A DNA stretch of 63,914 nt, counting the filler, from Chiloscyllium plagiosum (Eukaryota), in assembly GCF_004010195.1 (NCBI RefSeq). It is 4 parts of one record of this genome, joined end to end, with 100 filler letters (N's around TTAATTAATTAA, not from the genome) between each part and the next. Parts side by side here need not be neighbours in the genome. Positions count along the whole stretch, not along the records: positions 48,276 to 56,626 come from NC_057715.1; positions 56,727 to 63,914 come from NC_057715.1; 2 more parts are not named here. One strand, given 5' to 3'. The notes beneath the pieces were generated by a model. That model was not told where the DNA came from. It did not search any database and worked only from the letters and a program-made list of their open reading frames with translations. Numbering within the stretch: the first letter of the stretch is position 1; each line of letters opens with the position of its first letter. This document shows, piece after piece, positions 50,770-63,697 of the stretch. A program made the translations under genes and the position numbers.

Positions 50770-51105
50770 TGAGTCATGGAATCATTGAATAGTGCAGTCT
50801 TTGATAATACATCCAATTAGTCCCACTTCCCAATTCTTTTCCCATACCCCTGGAATTCATTATTGGAGGATGTATACAAATCCCTTTTAAAGGTTACGAT
50901 TAAATCGGCTTTGACCAGCCTTGCAAAGAACATATTCTAGATTATAACAATTCACTACATAAAAACATTTCTTATCACCCCTGGATTTTTTTTTACTAAT
51001 TACCTTAAAACCTTGCACACTCTGTTTATCAACACTTCTATCAGTACAAAACAGTTTCTCTCTCTCCACTGTCATCAAAACTCCTCATAGATTTGAACAC
51101 CTCTG
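50770..51105 (-). mobile_element. Old CR1 3' fragment
   Basis: Degenerate CR1 terminal region. Confidence 0.55.
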
Positions 51106-52559
51106 TCGTCATTTTTTTGGGCAATTTTTCTGCATTGGCTATAGGGCTAATAATCTCATGATTGTGAATACTACTTTTGTTCAAGCTGCATTAAATGGTC
51201 ATGTCAGTCCAACTCCTGAGATATTGTGAAGTGTACTTGAGTTGGAATAGAACTAACATAATAGTTAGAAATAATCCAACCAAATGTGAATAAGGCCAAG
51301 AACATGACAGGTGCAATGATCAATTCTTTGTCATGCCCAATGAATATACCAAACTGTATTATTATAATAGTTGTAATATTGAAAAAAGAAAGCAGTAATT
51401 TGTCTTTGGAAATATTTGTCTAATCCAACGAGACAGGTATTTTGCATTGTGTGTTGCATTTGATTTAGGAGCTAATGGAGATTACTTAAGGAAATTGCAC
51501 TCCAATCTTGACAGCTATTTAGCTAGTAGTATTATTGTTTCTGTATGGGATTGGAGTGTCACTGGTAAGTTAGTTTTTATTATCCACTGCAGTCCATGTG
51601 GTGGAATTACACAGAGAGTGCTGTCAGGATGGGTTTGGAGCATTTGTAATAACACTTGGAACCTCGATTATTCTGTATTTCCATAAGGTGACTATAAAAT
51701 TTAACTTGAATTGACATGCTGTGAGAGAACTTAGCAAGCTTCACCAATGCAACTGAACTTTGTAAAGTTTATTTTCCACTCATTCATTTATATATAGATT
51801 AGACCATTAAACAAAGAATTGGAGCCCCATTAATTGATACCCTGAAGAAGGTGAATGAATTCAAATAAGAATAAATGATGAAAGAAATGTTAAGAGCATG
51901 TTTGGTGAATTATGTTTATTTTCTCTGCTGTTAGACCCATGGCTCAGAAAAGTAGCTAGCCTAAAATGTATTAAGTTGTAAGGTTAGACTGATTTCTGGA
52001 CTTTTGAAAGGAGGCAATCTTTTGCAACATCTTTCCCCATAAGATTAAATAGTTGAATATAATCTCTGATGTAGTGAATTGTAATATTATCATGCGAGAA
52101 ATAGAATGAGTAATTAACTAATAATTACTGAGTTGCTCTCAGTTCAGGTTTTTTGCATTTGTCCTGAGACCCACTGGAATACTTATCTTCAAAATCTCCC
52201 TGTGAATTGTCATTTTTTTTTAAATGCTTTTCAATTTCAGTGCCAAATATTCAGAAAATATTTATTGAGTGAACAAAATTGTCACTTGCATGCAAGAAGA
52301 CTGTTGCCTTCACTGCTGCTAAAGGAAACAGCATTAGTAATGAAGCACCATTGGATATTTAACTAAAACATAAATACATCCTCTGGATCTGATGTCGAGA
52401 ACCATGGATGTGATTTTCCTGAATTCTCTCAACTTTAGAATGGTCCTCAGAAAGTGTGAATCAAGAATGAAGAGAAAAAGAAAACATGGGGAGCAATGGA
52501 TTAATTAGTCTGATATCTGCCAAAGGGAAATTGATACCAGCTGCAAATGGAGTGGTGAT

Positions 52560-53500
52560 AATGGCCCTTGAACATATCAAAAGTAAATCATGCTTGTAAC
52601 ATGCAGGGTATAAAAGAGGGAACCAATAGATGTAGAGCATTTGGATGTTCAGAAAGCAGCAAGCTTAACATTGCATGTAATATATTGGAATGGAATGGAG
52701 ATTATAGGCAGAAACAGGTGGTAGGAATAAATGGGGCATTTTCAGTTTGGCAGGCTGTGATGAATGAGATACTGCAAGGTTCAGTACTTGCACCTTAACT
52801 ATTTATAATCTAAATGAATGACTGACAATATTAAAACTAGGTGAGAAAGCAAACTGTGAAGATGACATGAGCATGCCATAAAGTATTATGAACAGAATAA
52901 GTGAGTGGAAAAGAATATGGCAGGTAGAATTATAATATAAAGGAATGTGAACATGTCCTCTTTGGTCAGAAAATTGAATGTTTTTTAAATGGCTAGAGAC
53001 TGAGAAATGGTGTGCTTAGAGGGATTTGGGCATCCTTTCATATGAGTCACATCTTGTGAAGCAAGCAGTTAAAAAACAAATGGAGTAACAGTCTTCATTA
53101 CAAGAGAAGCAAAATTTAGGTAAGATCATATTTGAAATACCAGATACAGTAGACTTACCTTAGGAGAGTGCAAGAAGATTCATTAGACTGGCTCCTATAA
53201 TTGGAAGATGGTTATCTGAGTAAATTAGGTCTTGTTTGAGTTAAGAAGAATGAGAGGTAATCTCAGATCATAAGTTTGAAGGGGGCTTAACCAGGTAGTG
53301 AAGAAGATGTTTCTGTTGGCTGGGGATTCTAGTCTCAGGGCAAGAGAATAACCATTTTGGACTTTGCAAAGGTTAGAATTTTGGTTGCTAAGGAATCAAG
53401 GAATACGGGAATAGTGTTGAAGGTGGAGTTGAATTGAAAAGTCAACCATGATCATATTGAAGGGCCAAAGAGTTAATTCTGTTCTAGTTCCTTATTTTCT
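52560..53500 (+). mobile_element. Highly decayed CR1 RT-3' fragment
   Basis: RQKQVVGINGAFSVWQAVMNEILQGSVLAP. Confidence 0.7.
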
Positions 53501-55701
53501 CCTGTGACAACACATGATAAATGCTGAGGCACTCTCACATCGTCAACTCATAAACATATGTCTGCTTATTTATTTCAAGAATAAGAAATTGTATCTATAA
53601 ATTTGCATGTATCAACACAAATGAGCTTTTCTATAATTATTAGAAAAATCAGACGATTTTGTAACAGAAAACAAATGGATGATTTTTTTTTCTAAAGAGA
53701 GAGATTGTGCCCTTCAATACTTACTTTAAAGCTCATTTATGTACCCATATAAGGGAAAACTGGAACTCTCTTAATCAGGTGTGGAATAAGTTTATGTTTA
53801 AATTAATTGAATTAGGTTCAAGTGAGAGTAGCTACTAATAAATTATTCTGCTTTTTTACCTTAATTTTTACAACATTTAAAATCTAATGGGAGAGACATT
53901 TGAAGGAAAAGTACTCCTAAAGGAAGTAGAGATATGGGTGCAACTGTAGCATTATTACTGTACAAGTTATTACTTAGGTTACAGCCATTCAAGTTTCCAG
54001 TACCAACACTAACAATTCAACTTATGTTCCTTGAGGTATAAAAAACGTTATGTTTTAGAATATGATGTAATGCTTCAAATCAAGGTAGCAACAGCAAAGT
54101 TATAATTTTTCTTCATCTCTGGAACAAAGTAACAGGGCACGATTGTTCCCAACAGGTTCACAGGTTGATTAAACTCATGAAAGCTGTACTATTCTTTTGA
54201 TGCTTTATGCTGCAGTGTTTCAGACTCTGTATATGGTGGAGAATGTGTAAAACTTTACACTCAACACAGGTTCACTTTTGAGATCATCCGTGCCATTTTT
54301 AATCATTTCACAACTTACCATTAGGGATGAAATTTGTCTGCTCATCCATTTCATTGAGAAAGTTGACTTGAGTAGAAAGCTCATGTTAACCTTTTCACTA
54401 GTATTCCTTTTAACTCATAAAGTTCTGCCATAAATACTAAACACAAATGTTTGACATAAACTTACTTGTAATCTTCATTTGATCACGTATTAGCCTTAAT
54501 TTTTCTAAAAACTTCCTTGAACACTCAGGAAGAATGGTATTTATCAAAATATTTCTAAAATGAAAATTTAGTATGCATTGTATGATGTCATCATCAACCA
54601 ATGTAATACAGAATCTAGGTCATGTGATTCAAGTTATTCTTTGATGCTGGAAGGTGAACAGCCTTGGGTTGATGAACCTTTATCTAGTTACAGTGCACAA
54701 ACTGTCATAAAACCATGTAACATTATGTGATACAATATGTTATTTTCTGGTATCAAATAGCTAAATAAAGCTTCCTATCATTTCAGTTTGAGTCATTTGT
54801 GGAATTGCACTTCTCTTTTCTCACTCAATATACTTGCATTTTTCATGTATTTTGCATCTATTATAAAGAATACATAATAAGCAATCAGCCTCATGAACTT
54901 CAAGTTTGACTAGCTGTTATTTCCGTATCCATTGTTCACATCTCCCTCACCCCAATATGTTTCAAGTTTCTCTTTTATCGTTACTCATGTCCTCTCTATT
55001 TTGTACATGAATCCCAGCTCAGATCCCTGATCTATCACCATTAAATATCAGACAACTTATCTATGACACAAAAAAGATCTAATCACCTCAGCTGTAACCA
55101 CATAGATTGGTGGAAGAGGCTCATATGGCTTGCCAACCTCCTGATGTTCTAAAGTTGCTTCTGTACACTAGCTGATATTGTATATATCCTTCCCCTCAGA
55201 TTCTGATAAATTGCATTTCATACTTCCTTACCAATCCATGCTCAGCTCTTCTGCAGGCTCAAGTTTGAATCTTTCCAGTCAGGCTTTCAACCCTCTTACA
55301 ACAAAGCTACCAATTACATCTTCTGTTCCAATTGTGTATTATCCATCATTCTCATTATCTCTGCTCATTCTTCTCTGAAGACTCTGACGTGGTTGACCCA
55401 ATCCCCTCATCCAATGTTGCTCCACTTTTGTCTGTCCCTGTCTGCCTTCAGTTGGATCTGTTCTCGACTATCTCCTGTAATGTCTTCATTTCCCATCATA
55501 TACCAGTACCTATGGTTCACTCCCTGTCTTCCCCCAGCGACCTACCTTTGGCCCTGGTATTTCTCACACTACCTTTTTTCTTAATATTCAATTTTGGGAT
55601 GTGGACATCAGTGGATGGGCCTGCATTTATTGCCCATTCCTTGTAGTCCTTGGAACGATAGTGATGAGCTGTCTTCTTGAACTGCTGTAGTCCTTGTACT
55701 G

Positions 55702-56626
55702 TAGGAGAAAGTGAGGACTGCAGATGCTGGAAATCAGAGCTGAAAATGTGTTGCTGGAAAAGCGCAGCAGGTCAGGCAGCATCCAAGGAGCAGAAGAATC
55801 GNNNNNNNNNNNNNNNNNNNNNNNNNNNNNNNNNNNNNNNNNNGGAGCAGGTCAGGCAGTATCAAGGAGCAGGTCAGGCAGTATCCAAGGAGCAGGTCAG
55901 GCAGTATCCGAGGAGCAGGTCAGGCAGTATCGAGGAGCAGGTCAGGCAGTATCGAGCAGCAGGTCAGGCAGTATCGAGGAGCAGGTCAGGCAGTATCCGA
56001 GGAGCAGGTCAGTCAGTATCCGAGGAGCAGGTCAGGCAGTATCGAGGAGCAGGTCAGGCAGTATCGAGGAGCAGGTCAGGCAGTCTCTGCGGAGCAGGTC
56101 CGGCAGCATCGAGGTGCAGGTCAGGCAGTATCGAGGAGCAGGTCAGGCAGTATCTGAGGAGCAGGTCAGGCAGTATCCGCGGAGCAGGCCAGGCAGTATC
56201 CGAGGAGCAGGCCAGGCAGTATCCGATGTGTGCGGATGCAGTAACTGATGTGTGTGGAGGTGCAGGTGAATTTGTGGTGGATATGGAAGGATTCCTTGGG
56301 GCCTTGGAGGGAGGTGAGGGGGGAGGTATGGGCGTAGGTTTTGCATTTCTTGCGGTTGCAGGGGAAGTGTCCCTTGGGGCCTTGGAGGGAAGTAAGGGGG
56401 GAGGTGTGGGCGTAGGTTTTGCATTTCTTGCGGTTGCAGGGGAAGTTGCCGGGAGTGGAGGTTGGGTTGGTGGGGGGTGTGGACCTGATGACCTGTCCCC
56501 CTTAGTCCAAGAACTCCCCACCTACATTCGGGACACCACCACGCCCTCCACCTCCTCCATAATTTTTGCTTCCCCAGTCCCCAACGCCTTATCTTCACCA
56601 TGGACATCCAGTCCCTGTACACCTCC
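55702..56626. mobile_element. Penelope-like element: minus pseudo-LTR, minisatellite, inverted ORF pieces
   Basis: Pseudo-LTR 55702-55801; minus ORF segment 56226-56488 with a 78-bp tandem duplication (starts 56294 and 56372); plus RT LSPLVQELPTYIRDTT...FTMDIQSLYT from ~56490. Confidence 0.8.
55844..56225. repeat. Minisatellite, 22-23-bp unit GGAGCAGGTCAGGCAGTATC(C)GA, ~17 copies
   Basis: Direct reading; the unit matches the adjacent pseudo-LTR sequence GCAGCAGGTCAGGCAGCATCCAAG. Confidence 0.9.
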
Positions 56627-56726
56627 NNNNNNNNNNNNNNNNNNNNNNNNNNNNNNNNNNNNNNNNNNNNTTAATTAATTAANNNNNNNNNNNNNNNNNN
56701 NNNNNNNNNNNNNNNNNNNNNNNNNN
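56627..56726. other. Assembly gap with TTAATTAATTAA linker
   Basis: Direct reading. Confidence 0.95.
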
Positions 56727-57635
56727 GAACCTTGTTTCCTCAACCTTATGTAAGCCTCCTTTTTCCTCTTTACCAGACATTCAACCTCTCTCGTCAACCA
56801 AGGCTCCTTCACACGACCATTTCTTTCCTGCCTGACAGGTATATACATATCAAGGACACGTCGTATCTGTTCCTTGAAAGAGTTCCACATTTCCACGACA
56901 TCCTTCCCCGACAGCCTATGCTCCCAACTTATGCTCCTCGGATCCTGTCTTACAGCATCGTAATTACCCTTCTCCCAATTGTAAAACCTACCCTGTTGCA
57001 CGGACCTATCTCTCTCCATAACCAAGGTGAAAGTCACAGAATTGTGGTCACCATCACTAAAATGTTTACCCACTAACAAGCCCATCACTTGTCCCGGTTC
57101 ATTACCGAGTACCAAATCCAATATGGCCTCCCCTCTGGTTGGGCAATCTACATACTGAGTTAGAAAAGCTACCTGGACACACTGCAAAAACACCGCCCCA
57201 TCCAATCTACTTGATCTAAAGAGCTTCCAATCAATATTTGGGAAGTTGAAATCGCCCATGACTAATACCCTGTGGCTTCTGCATCTTTCCAAAATCTATT
57301 TCCCAATCTGTTTCTCCACATCTCTGCTGCTATTGGGGGGCCTATAGTAAACACCCAACAAAGTGACCGCACCTTTCCTATTTCTGACTTCAGCCCATAC
57401 TACCTCCAAAGGCAGATCCCCCTCGAACTGCCTTTCTGCAGCCGTTATACCATTTCTAATTAGCAACGCCACCCCCCCTCCTTTTTTACCACCCTCCCTA
57501 ATCTTACTGAAACATCTGTAACCAGGAACCTCCAACAACCATTCCTGTCCCTCTTCTATCCACGTTTCCGTGATGGCCACAACATCGTAGTCCCAGGTAC
57601 CTATCCACACCTTAAGTTCACCCACCTTATTTCTG
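56727..57635 (-). mobile_element. CR1 APE endonuclease region
   Basis: AITETW, GGGVAL, YYRPPNS, GDFNFPNIDW and SDGDHN motifs. Confidence 0.92.
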
Positions 57636-57654
57636 AAACCTACAAAATTCTAAC

Positions 57655-57806
57655 AGGATTGCTACTACTGTTGGGGAGTTTTTAAACTAATGTGGCAGGG
57701 GGCTGGGAACCAGAAGACAGAACAAGTAGGCAGTGAGGTGGAGACTGGAGACTGTAAGAATTATGAAGAAAGCATTAATGAAGGGGAAGAGTAGTCAGAG
57801 AGTAGA
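57655..57806 (+). mobile_element. CR1 ORF1 end / inter-ORF segment (apparently continues at 59795)
   Basis: TTTAAACTAATGTGGCAGGGGGCTGGGAACCAG matches the ORF1 ends at ~14700-14730 and ~140-170 (minus strand). Confidence 0.7.
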
Positions 57807-58106
57807 TTAGATTAGATTAGATACAGTGTGGAAACAGGCCCTTCAGCCCAACAAGTCCACACCGACCTGCCGAAGCGCAACCCACCCAGACCCATTCCCC
57901 TACATTTACCCCTTCACCTAACACTGCGGGCAATTTAGCATGGCCAATTCACCTAACCTGCACATTTTTGGATTGTGGGAGGAAACCCACGCAGACACGG
58001 GGAGAATGTGCAAACGCCACACAGAGAGTCGTCTGAGGCGGGAATTGAACCCAGGTCTCTGGCGCTGTGAGACAGCAGTGCTAACCACTGTACCACCGTG
58101 CTGCCC
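57806..58106 (-). mobile_element. HE1-like SINE with (TCTAA)n tail
   Basis: Reverse complement of HE1; ATTAG repeats at 57806-57822. Confidence 0.92.
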
Positions 58107-58109
58107 ATA

Positions 58110-59390
58110 AAATATGACATGAAATATGTAAAAATGTACAAGACCCTGGTCAGACACAGTGAACAGTTTTCTCTGCCTTATCTCAGGAAAGGTATACTGG
58201 CATGGAAACAGTCCAGAGAAGGTTAATACCAAGTACAGAGGAAGAACTGTCTTCTGAGGAGGGGTTGAGCAGGTTCAGCCTGAACTCATTGGAGTTTAGA
58301 AGAATGAGAGGTGACTTTATTGAAACTAACAAGATTCTTAGGGGATTTAACCAGGTAGATGTGCAACGTTGTTCTCCCATGAGGGAGTTTGGGAGCAGGG
58401 CATGTAATCTCAGAATAAGAGGTTGCAATTTTATGACAGAAGTGAGGAACAATTCTTTTCTCTCAGAGTAGTAAGCCTGGGGAATTACTAACTACAGATG
58501 GCTGTAAGTCTATTCAAGGCTGAGATACAGATATTTTACTCAGTGTGGGAATCAAGGCTTAGAGCGAAATAGCAGGAAACTGAATTTCAGGTTTATCAGA
58601 TCTCATTAAATGGAAGAGCAGACTCAATGGGCCAAATGGCCTACTTCCGCTCCTACATCTGATAGAAACATAAAAATTGAGGATCAGGAGGAGGCCATTC
58701 AGCCCTTCAAGCCTGCTCCCCCATTCATCACGATCATGGCTGATTGTCCAACTCAATACCTAACCCTGCTTTTTCCCCATAACCTTTGGTCCCATTCACC
58801 CCAAGTGCTATATCTCGCCACCTCTTGAATACATCAACTCCTTCCTGCGGTAACGAATTCCACAGGCTCACCGCTATTTGGTTGAAAAATAAATGTCTCC
58901 TCATCTCCATCCTAAATGGTCTACCCGAATCCTCAGACTGTGTCCCCTGGTTCTGGATGCACCAGCCATCAGGAACGTCCTGTCTGCATCTACCCTGTCT
59001 AGTCCTGTTAAATTTTATAAGTCTTTGAGCTCCCCCCTCATTCATCAGAACTCCAGTGAAAACTATCCTAACCTAGTCGACCTCTCCTCACTCATCAGTC
59101 CCACCATCCCTGGGATCAGCCTGGGAAACCTTCGGCTGCACTCCCTTGAGAGCAAGAGCATCCTTCCTCAGATAACGAGAGCAAACTGCACACAATATTC
59201 CAGGTGTGACCTCACCAAGGCCCTGTATAACTGCAACAACACATCCCTGCTCCTGAACTTGAAACCTCTCACTAATGAAGGCCAACATACCATTTGCCTT
59301 CTTTAGTGTCTGTTGTACCTATACGCATATCTTCAGCAACTGATCCCCAAGGACACCCGGGTCCTGCTGCATGCTCCCCTCTCCCAATTT
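58110..59390. mobile_element. Two older CR1 3' fragments, tail-to-tail (plus 58110-58660, minus 58662-59390)
   Basis: SLEFRRMRGDFIETNKILRG on plus; SLWNSLPQ on minus. Confidence 0.75.
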
Positions 59391-59794
59391 ATAGAGTCAT
59401 AGACAGAGTCATAGAGATGTCCAGCATGGAAACAGACCCTTCGGTCCAACCCGTCATGTCGACCAGATATCCCAACCCAATCTAGTCCCACCTGCCAGCA
59501 TCTGGCCAATATCCCTCCAAACCCTTCCTATTCATATACCCATCCAAATGTCTTTTAAATGTTGCAATTGTACCAGGCTCCACTACACCCTCTGGCAGCT
59601 CATTCCATACACGTACCACCCTCTGCGTGAAAGGTTTGCCCTTAGGTCTCTTTAATATCTTTCCCCTCTCACCCTAAACCTATGCCCTCTAGTTCTGGAC
59701 TCCCCGACCCCAGGGAAAAGACTTTGTCTATTTATCCTATCCATACCCCTCGTAATTTTCTAAACCTCTATAAGGTCACCCCTCAGCCTCCAAC
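59391..59794 (-). mobile_element. HER1/CR1 3' fragment
   Basis: Near-identical to 39361-39750. Confidence 0.9.
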
Positions 59795-62394
59795 GAGCGC
59801 AAAAAAACTGGTGGCATGAAATGCATCTACTTTAATGCAAGGAGTATAGTGTGTAAGGCAGATGAACTTAGGGCTTGGATTGGTGCCTGGGAGTATGATG
59901 TTATTGCAATCACAGAGACTTGGTTGAAGGAAGAGCATAATGATTGGCAATTAAATGTTCCAGGATATAGACCCTTCAGACAGGGAGGGAAGTAAAAGGG
60001 GGGTTGGAGTTGCATTGCTGGTCAAGGATGATATCACGGCTGTGCTAAAGGAGCACACTATGGAGGTCTTGTGTAGTGAGGTATTATGGGTGGAGCTGAG
60101 AAATAAGAAAGGTGCAGTCACACTGTTGGGGCTGTATTACAGGACTCCCAACAGTAAGCATGAGGTAGAAGAACAAATAGGTAAACAGATTATGAAAAGA
60201 TGTAGAGGCAATAGGGTAATGGTGATGGGAGATTTTAATTTTCCCAACACTGACTGGGATACACTTAACGTCAAGACTTCTGGATGGGGTAGAATTTGTA
60301 AGAAGCGTCCAGGAGTGTTTTCTAGAGCAGTATGTCAATAGTCCAATGAGGGAAGGGGCCATATGGGACCTGGTACTGGGGAACGAGCCAGGACAGGTGG
60401 TAGAAATTGCGGTAGGGGGTTTCTTTGGGAACAGTGACCACAATTCTGCAAGTTTTAGAATACTCGTAGATAAAGAAGAGAGTGGTCCTAAGGGAAGAGT
60501 ACTAAACTGGGCCAAGGCCAATTATATCAAAATTAGGCAGGAGCTTGGAAATCAAAGATGGGTTAAAGATAGTGCAAGATACGCATGTCCCGTTGAAGGC
60601 AAAGGATAGGAAGGGCAAGATTTGTGAACCGTGGATGACAGGAGAAATTGTACGACTAGCCAAGAGGAAAAGGGAAGCGTACATAAGGTCGAGACAGCTA
60701 AGAACGGAGCAGGCCATGGAAGAATATCGGAAGAGTAGGACAGTCTTAAACGAGGAATCAAGCGGGCTAAAAGGGGTCATGAAATAGCTTTAGTGAGCAG
60801 AATTAAGGAGAATCCCAAAGCATTTTATTTTTATATTAGGAGCAAGTCGGTAACTAGAGAAAGGATTGGTCCACTAAAGGATAAGGAAGGAAGGCTGTGT
60901 GTCAAATCTGAGCAAATGGGTGAGATTCTGAATGATTACTTTGCATCAGTGTTCACTGAGGAGAGGAACATGATGAATGTTGAGATTAGAGATAAAAGTT
61001 TGATTAGTCTGGATCACGTTGACATAAGTAGGGAAGATGTGTTGGGTAGAGATTATTGAGGTGGACAAGTCCCCAGGACTGAATGGGATCTGTCCCAGGT
61101 TGCTGAGGGAGGTGAGAGAGGAAATAGCTGGGGCCCTGACAGATATTTTTGGGGCATCCTTAAATACAGGTGTGGTGCCAGAGGACTGGAGGGTTGCTTA
61201 TGTTGTCTCCCTGTACAAGAAGAGTAGCAGGGATGTTCCGGGTAACTACAGAGCAGTGAGGCCGACATCGGTGGTGGGAAAGTTGCTGGAGAAGGTACTG
61301 AGGGATAGGATCTATTTATATTTAGAAAAGATTGGGCTTATCACTGATAGGCAATATGGTTTTGTGCCTTACCAACTTAATAGAGTTCTTCGAGAAAGTG
61401 ACCAAGTTGATAGATGAAGGAAGGGCTGTTGTTGTCATATACATGGACTTTAGTAAGGCGTTTGATAAGGTTCCCCATGGTAGACTAATGGAGAAAGTGA
61501 AGTCATATGGTATGCAGGGTGTTCTAGCTAGGTGGATAAAGAACTGGTTGAGCAGCAGGAGACAGAGAGTAGTAGTTGAAGGGAGTTTCTCGAAGTGGAG
61601 AAAGGTGATCAGTGGTGTTCCACAGGCTTCAGTGTTGGGGCCACTGTTGTTTGTAATATACATAAATGATCTGGAAAAGGGCACTGTTGGTATGATCAGC
61701 AAGTTTGCAGATGACACGAAGATTGATGGAGTAGCAGAAAGTAGAGCGGACTGTCAGAGAATACAGGAGGATATAGATAGACTGGAGAGTTGGGCGGAAA
61801 AGTGGCAGATGGATTTCAATCCAGACAAATGTGAGGTGATGCATTTAGACAAGACTAATTCTAGAGCGAATTATGCAATGAAAGGAAGAGCCTTGGGAAA
61901 AGTTGATGGGCAGAGAGATCTGGGAGTGCAGGTTCATTGTACCTTGAAGGTTGCTGCACAGGTGGATAGAGGGATCAAGAAGGCATACAGTATGCTTGCC
62001 TTCATTGGACGGGGTATTGTTGGCAAATCATGTTAAAATTGTACAAGACATTGGTTTAGCTGCATTTAGAATACTGTGTACAGTTCTGGTCGCCACATTA
62101 CCACATGCTTTCAAGGTGAGAGGTGGAAAGTTTAAGGGGGATACATGTGGCAAATACTTCACACAGAGGGTGGTGGGTGTTTGGAACACGTTGTCAGCAG
62201 AGGTGGTAGGGGAAGGCACGGTAAATTCATTTAAGATGTGTCTGGATAAATGCATGAGTAGGTGGGGAGTAGAGGAATACTGATGCATAGGAATTGACCG
62301 ACAGGTTTAGACAATTACATTTGGATTGGCTCAGGCTTGGTGGGCCAAAGGGCCTGTTCATGGGCTGTAAATTTTCTTCGTTCTTTGTTCTTTG
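59795..62394 (+). mobile_element. CR1 LINE ORF2 (APE and RT) to 3' end, frameshifted
   Basis: MKCIYFNARS, GDFNFP, YMDFSKAFDKVPH and SKFADDTK motifs; TTCTTTG tail. Confidence 0.93.
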
Positions 62395-63306
62395 ACTAGA
62401 CAGGGTAGATAACGAAGGATGGGATAGACCATTTTTAGGATGTAAAAGAGGACTTCATGCATTGTATAGGGATGGTTTTCTGGACCAATACATTAAGGAA
62501 CTAACTAAAGGACAGGCAATCTGTCTTGAGGATACCATGTGCTTACCACTTCCTGATGGACTTTTCCTTACCACCTTTCTTAAATAGTAGCACTATGTTA
62601 GCGAACCTCCAGTCTTCTGGCATCTCACCTGTAGCTATCGATGATACAAATATCTCAGCAAGGAGCTCAACAATCACTTACTTAGCTTCCCACAAGGTCA
62701 ACTGTAAGTTTGCTCCAGATGTATAGGTGATTCTTCTAAAATTTATATCAATGAGGCTTTTTTAAGAATTATCTTGAATATAATTGTGTTTGTTGTAGGA
62801 AACGTTTTGGAAAGGATTATAAGAAGTAGGATTTATAATCATTTAGCAAGCATCAATTTGATTGGAAATAGTCAACATGGATTCATCAAGGGCAGTTGAT
62901 GTTGTGTACATGGACTTCAGTTCTGTACTCTACATAATAATTTGTGTTACGGTACATTTTATTTAATTGGTATTGCAGATCAATTTCATATGTTCTCTTT
63001 TAAAATCTGAGAGGAAATTACAGTAATGTACAAAGAACATTATAAAAATGGCTGAAAAAAATGTAAAAGTTCAGAGTTTAAAAAATTGAGACATTTTTAA
63101 TTCCATCTATAGAACTTAAATATATGATGCTTGCCACATACATGTTTAATGAGACCCACCCACAAAATGTGTCAGGTATGCTATTGGCAATGTCAGCTTG
63201 TCAAAATCTACCACACAGCCTTGCAATTAAAATTTACTTTGATCAGTATTAACCTCATTTTTCAACTAGCTGCTGTGTTATATTTAAATTTGTTTATAGT
63301 TTGCAG

Positions 63307-63476
63307 AAACGAAAAATGGTGATGTCTGGGAGGTCTCTCCAGTAGATGATGATAAATGTCGAATAACAAAACCTGAAAGAGAAAGAGACAGCTCTGCCGT
63401 GGCAAAGACTGATCAATCAAATTCAGGACATGGTAATGACGTCATGAATATATCTTCAGAAAAAGCCACAAAATGA
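63307..63476 (+). CDS. Candidate unannotated coding exon (speculative)
   Basis: TTTGTTTATAGTTTGCAG acceptor-like site; only the phase-1 frame is open (TKNGDVWEVSPVDDDKC...SSEKATK*). Confidence 0.25.
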
Positions 63477-63697
63477 GGTTGGTGATGCTTCAAACAGATA
63501 TTCAATCTTTACTGGGCAAGTCATTTAGCATTTTATCTATGCAGATATGTGAAACACAAACAAAACATTAATTTCCTAGACACTGGATACAGATGGATTT
63601 TGATGAGAGTTTTTTTTCAAAATAACTGGCTCACATTCCATCACCCTAAACACACCTCCCACATATTGGTGAGTCACAGCCAATGAATTTGTATTAA

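Larger units (their letters stand above)
49252..54790 (+). other. Putative long 3' UTR of the glypican gene
   Basis: AT-rich and relatively repeat-poor; AATAAA at 49264, 49284 and 54764, the last with upstream TGTA and a downstream T/GT-rich tract; extent is inferred. Confidence 0.4.

Noticed and set aside
55677..56678. 333-aa ORF with RS-like repeats, and the regular array as a possible CRISPR
   Set aside because: Translation of a minisatellite and PLE pieces across N gaps; no unique spacers, no cas genes, eukaryotic context
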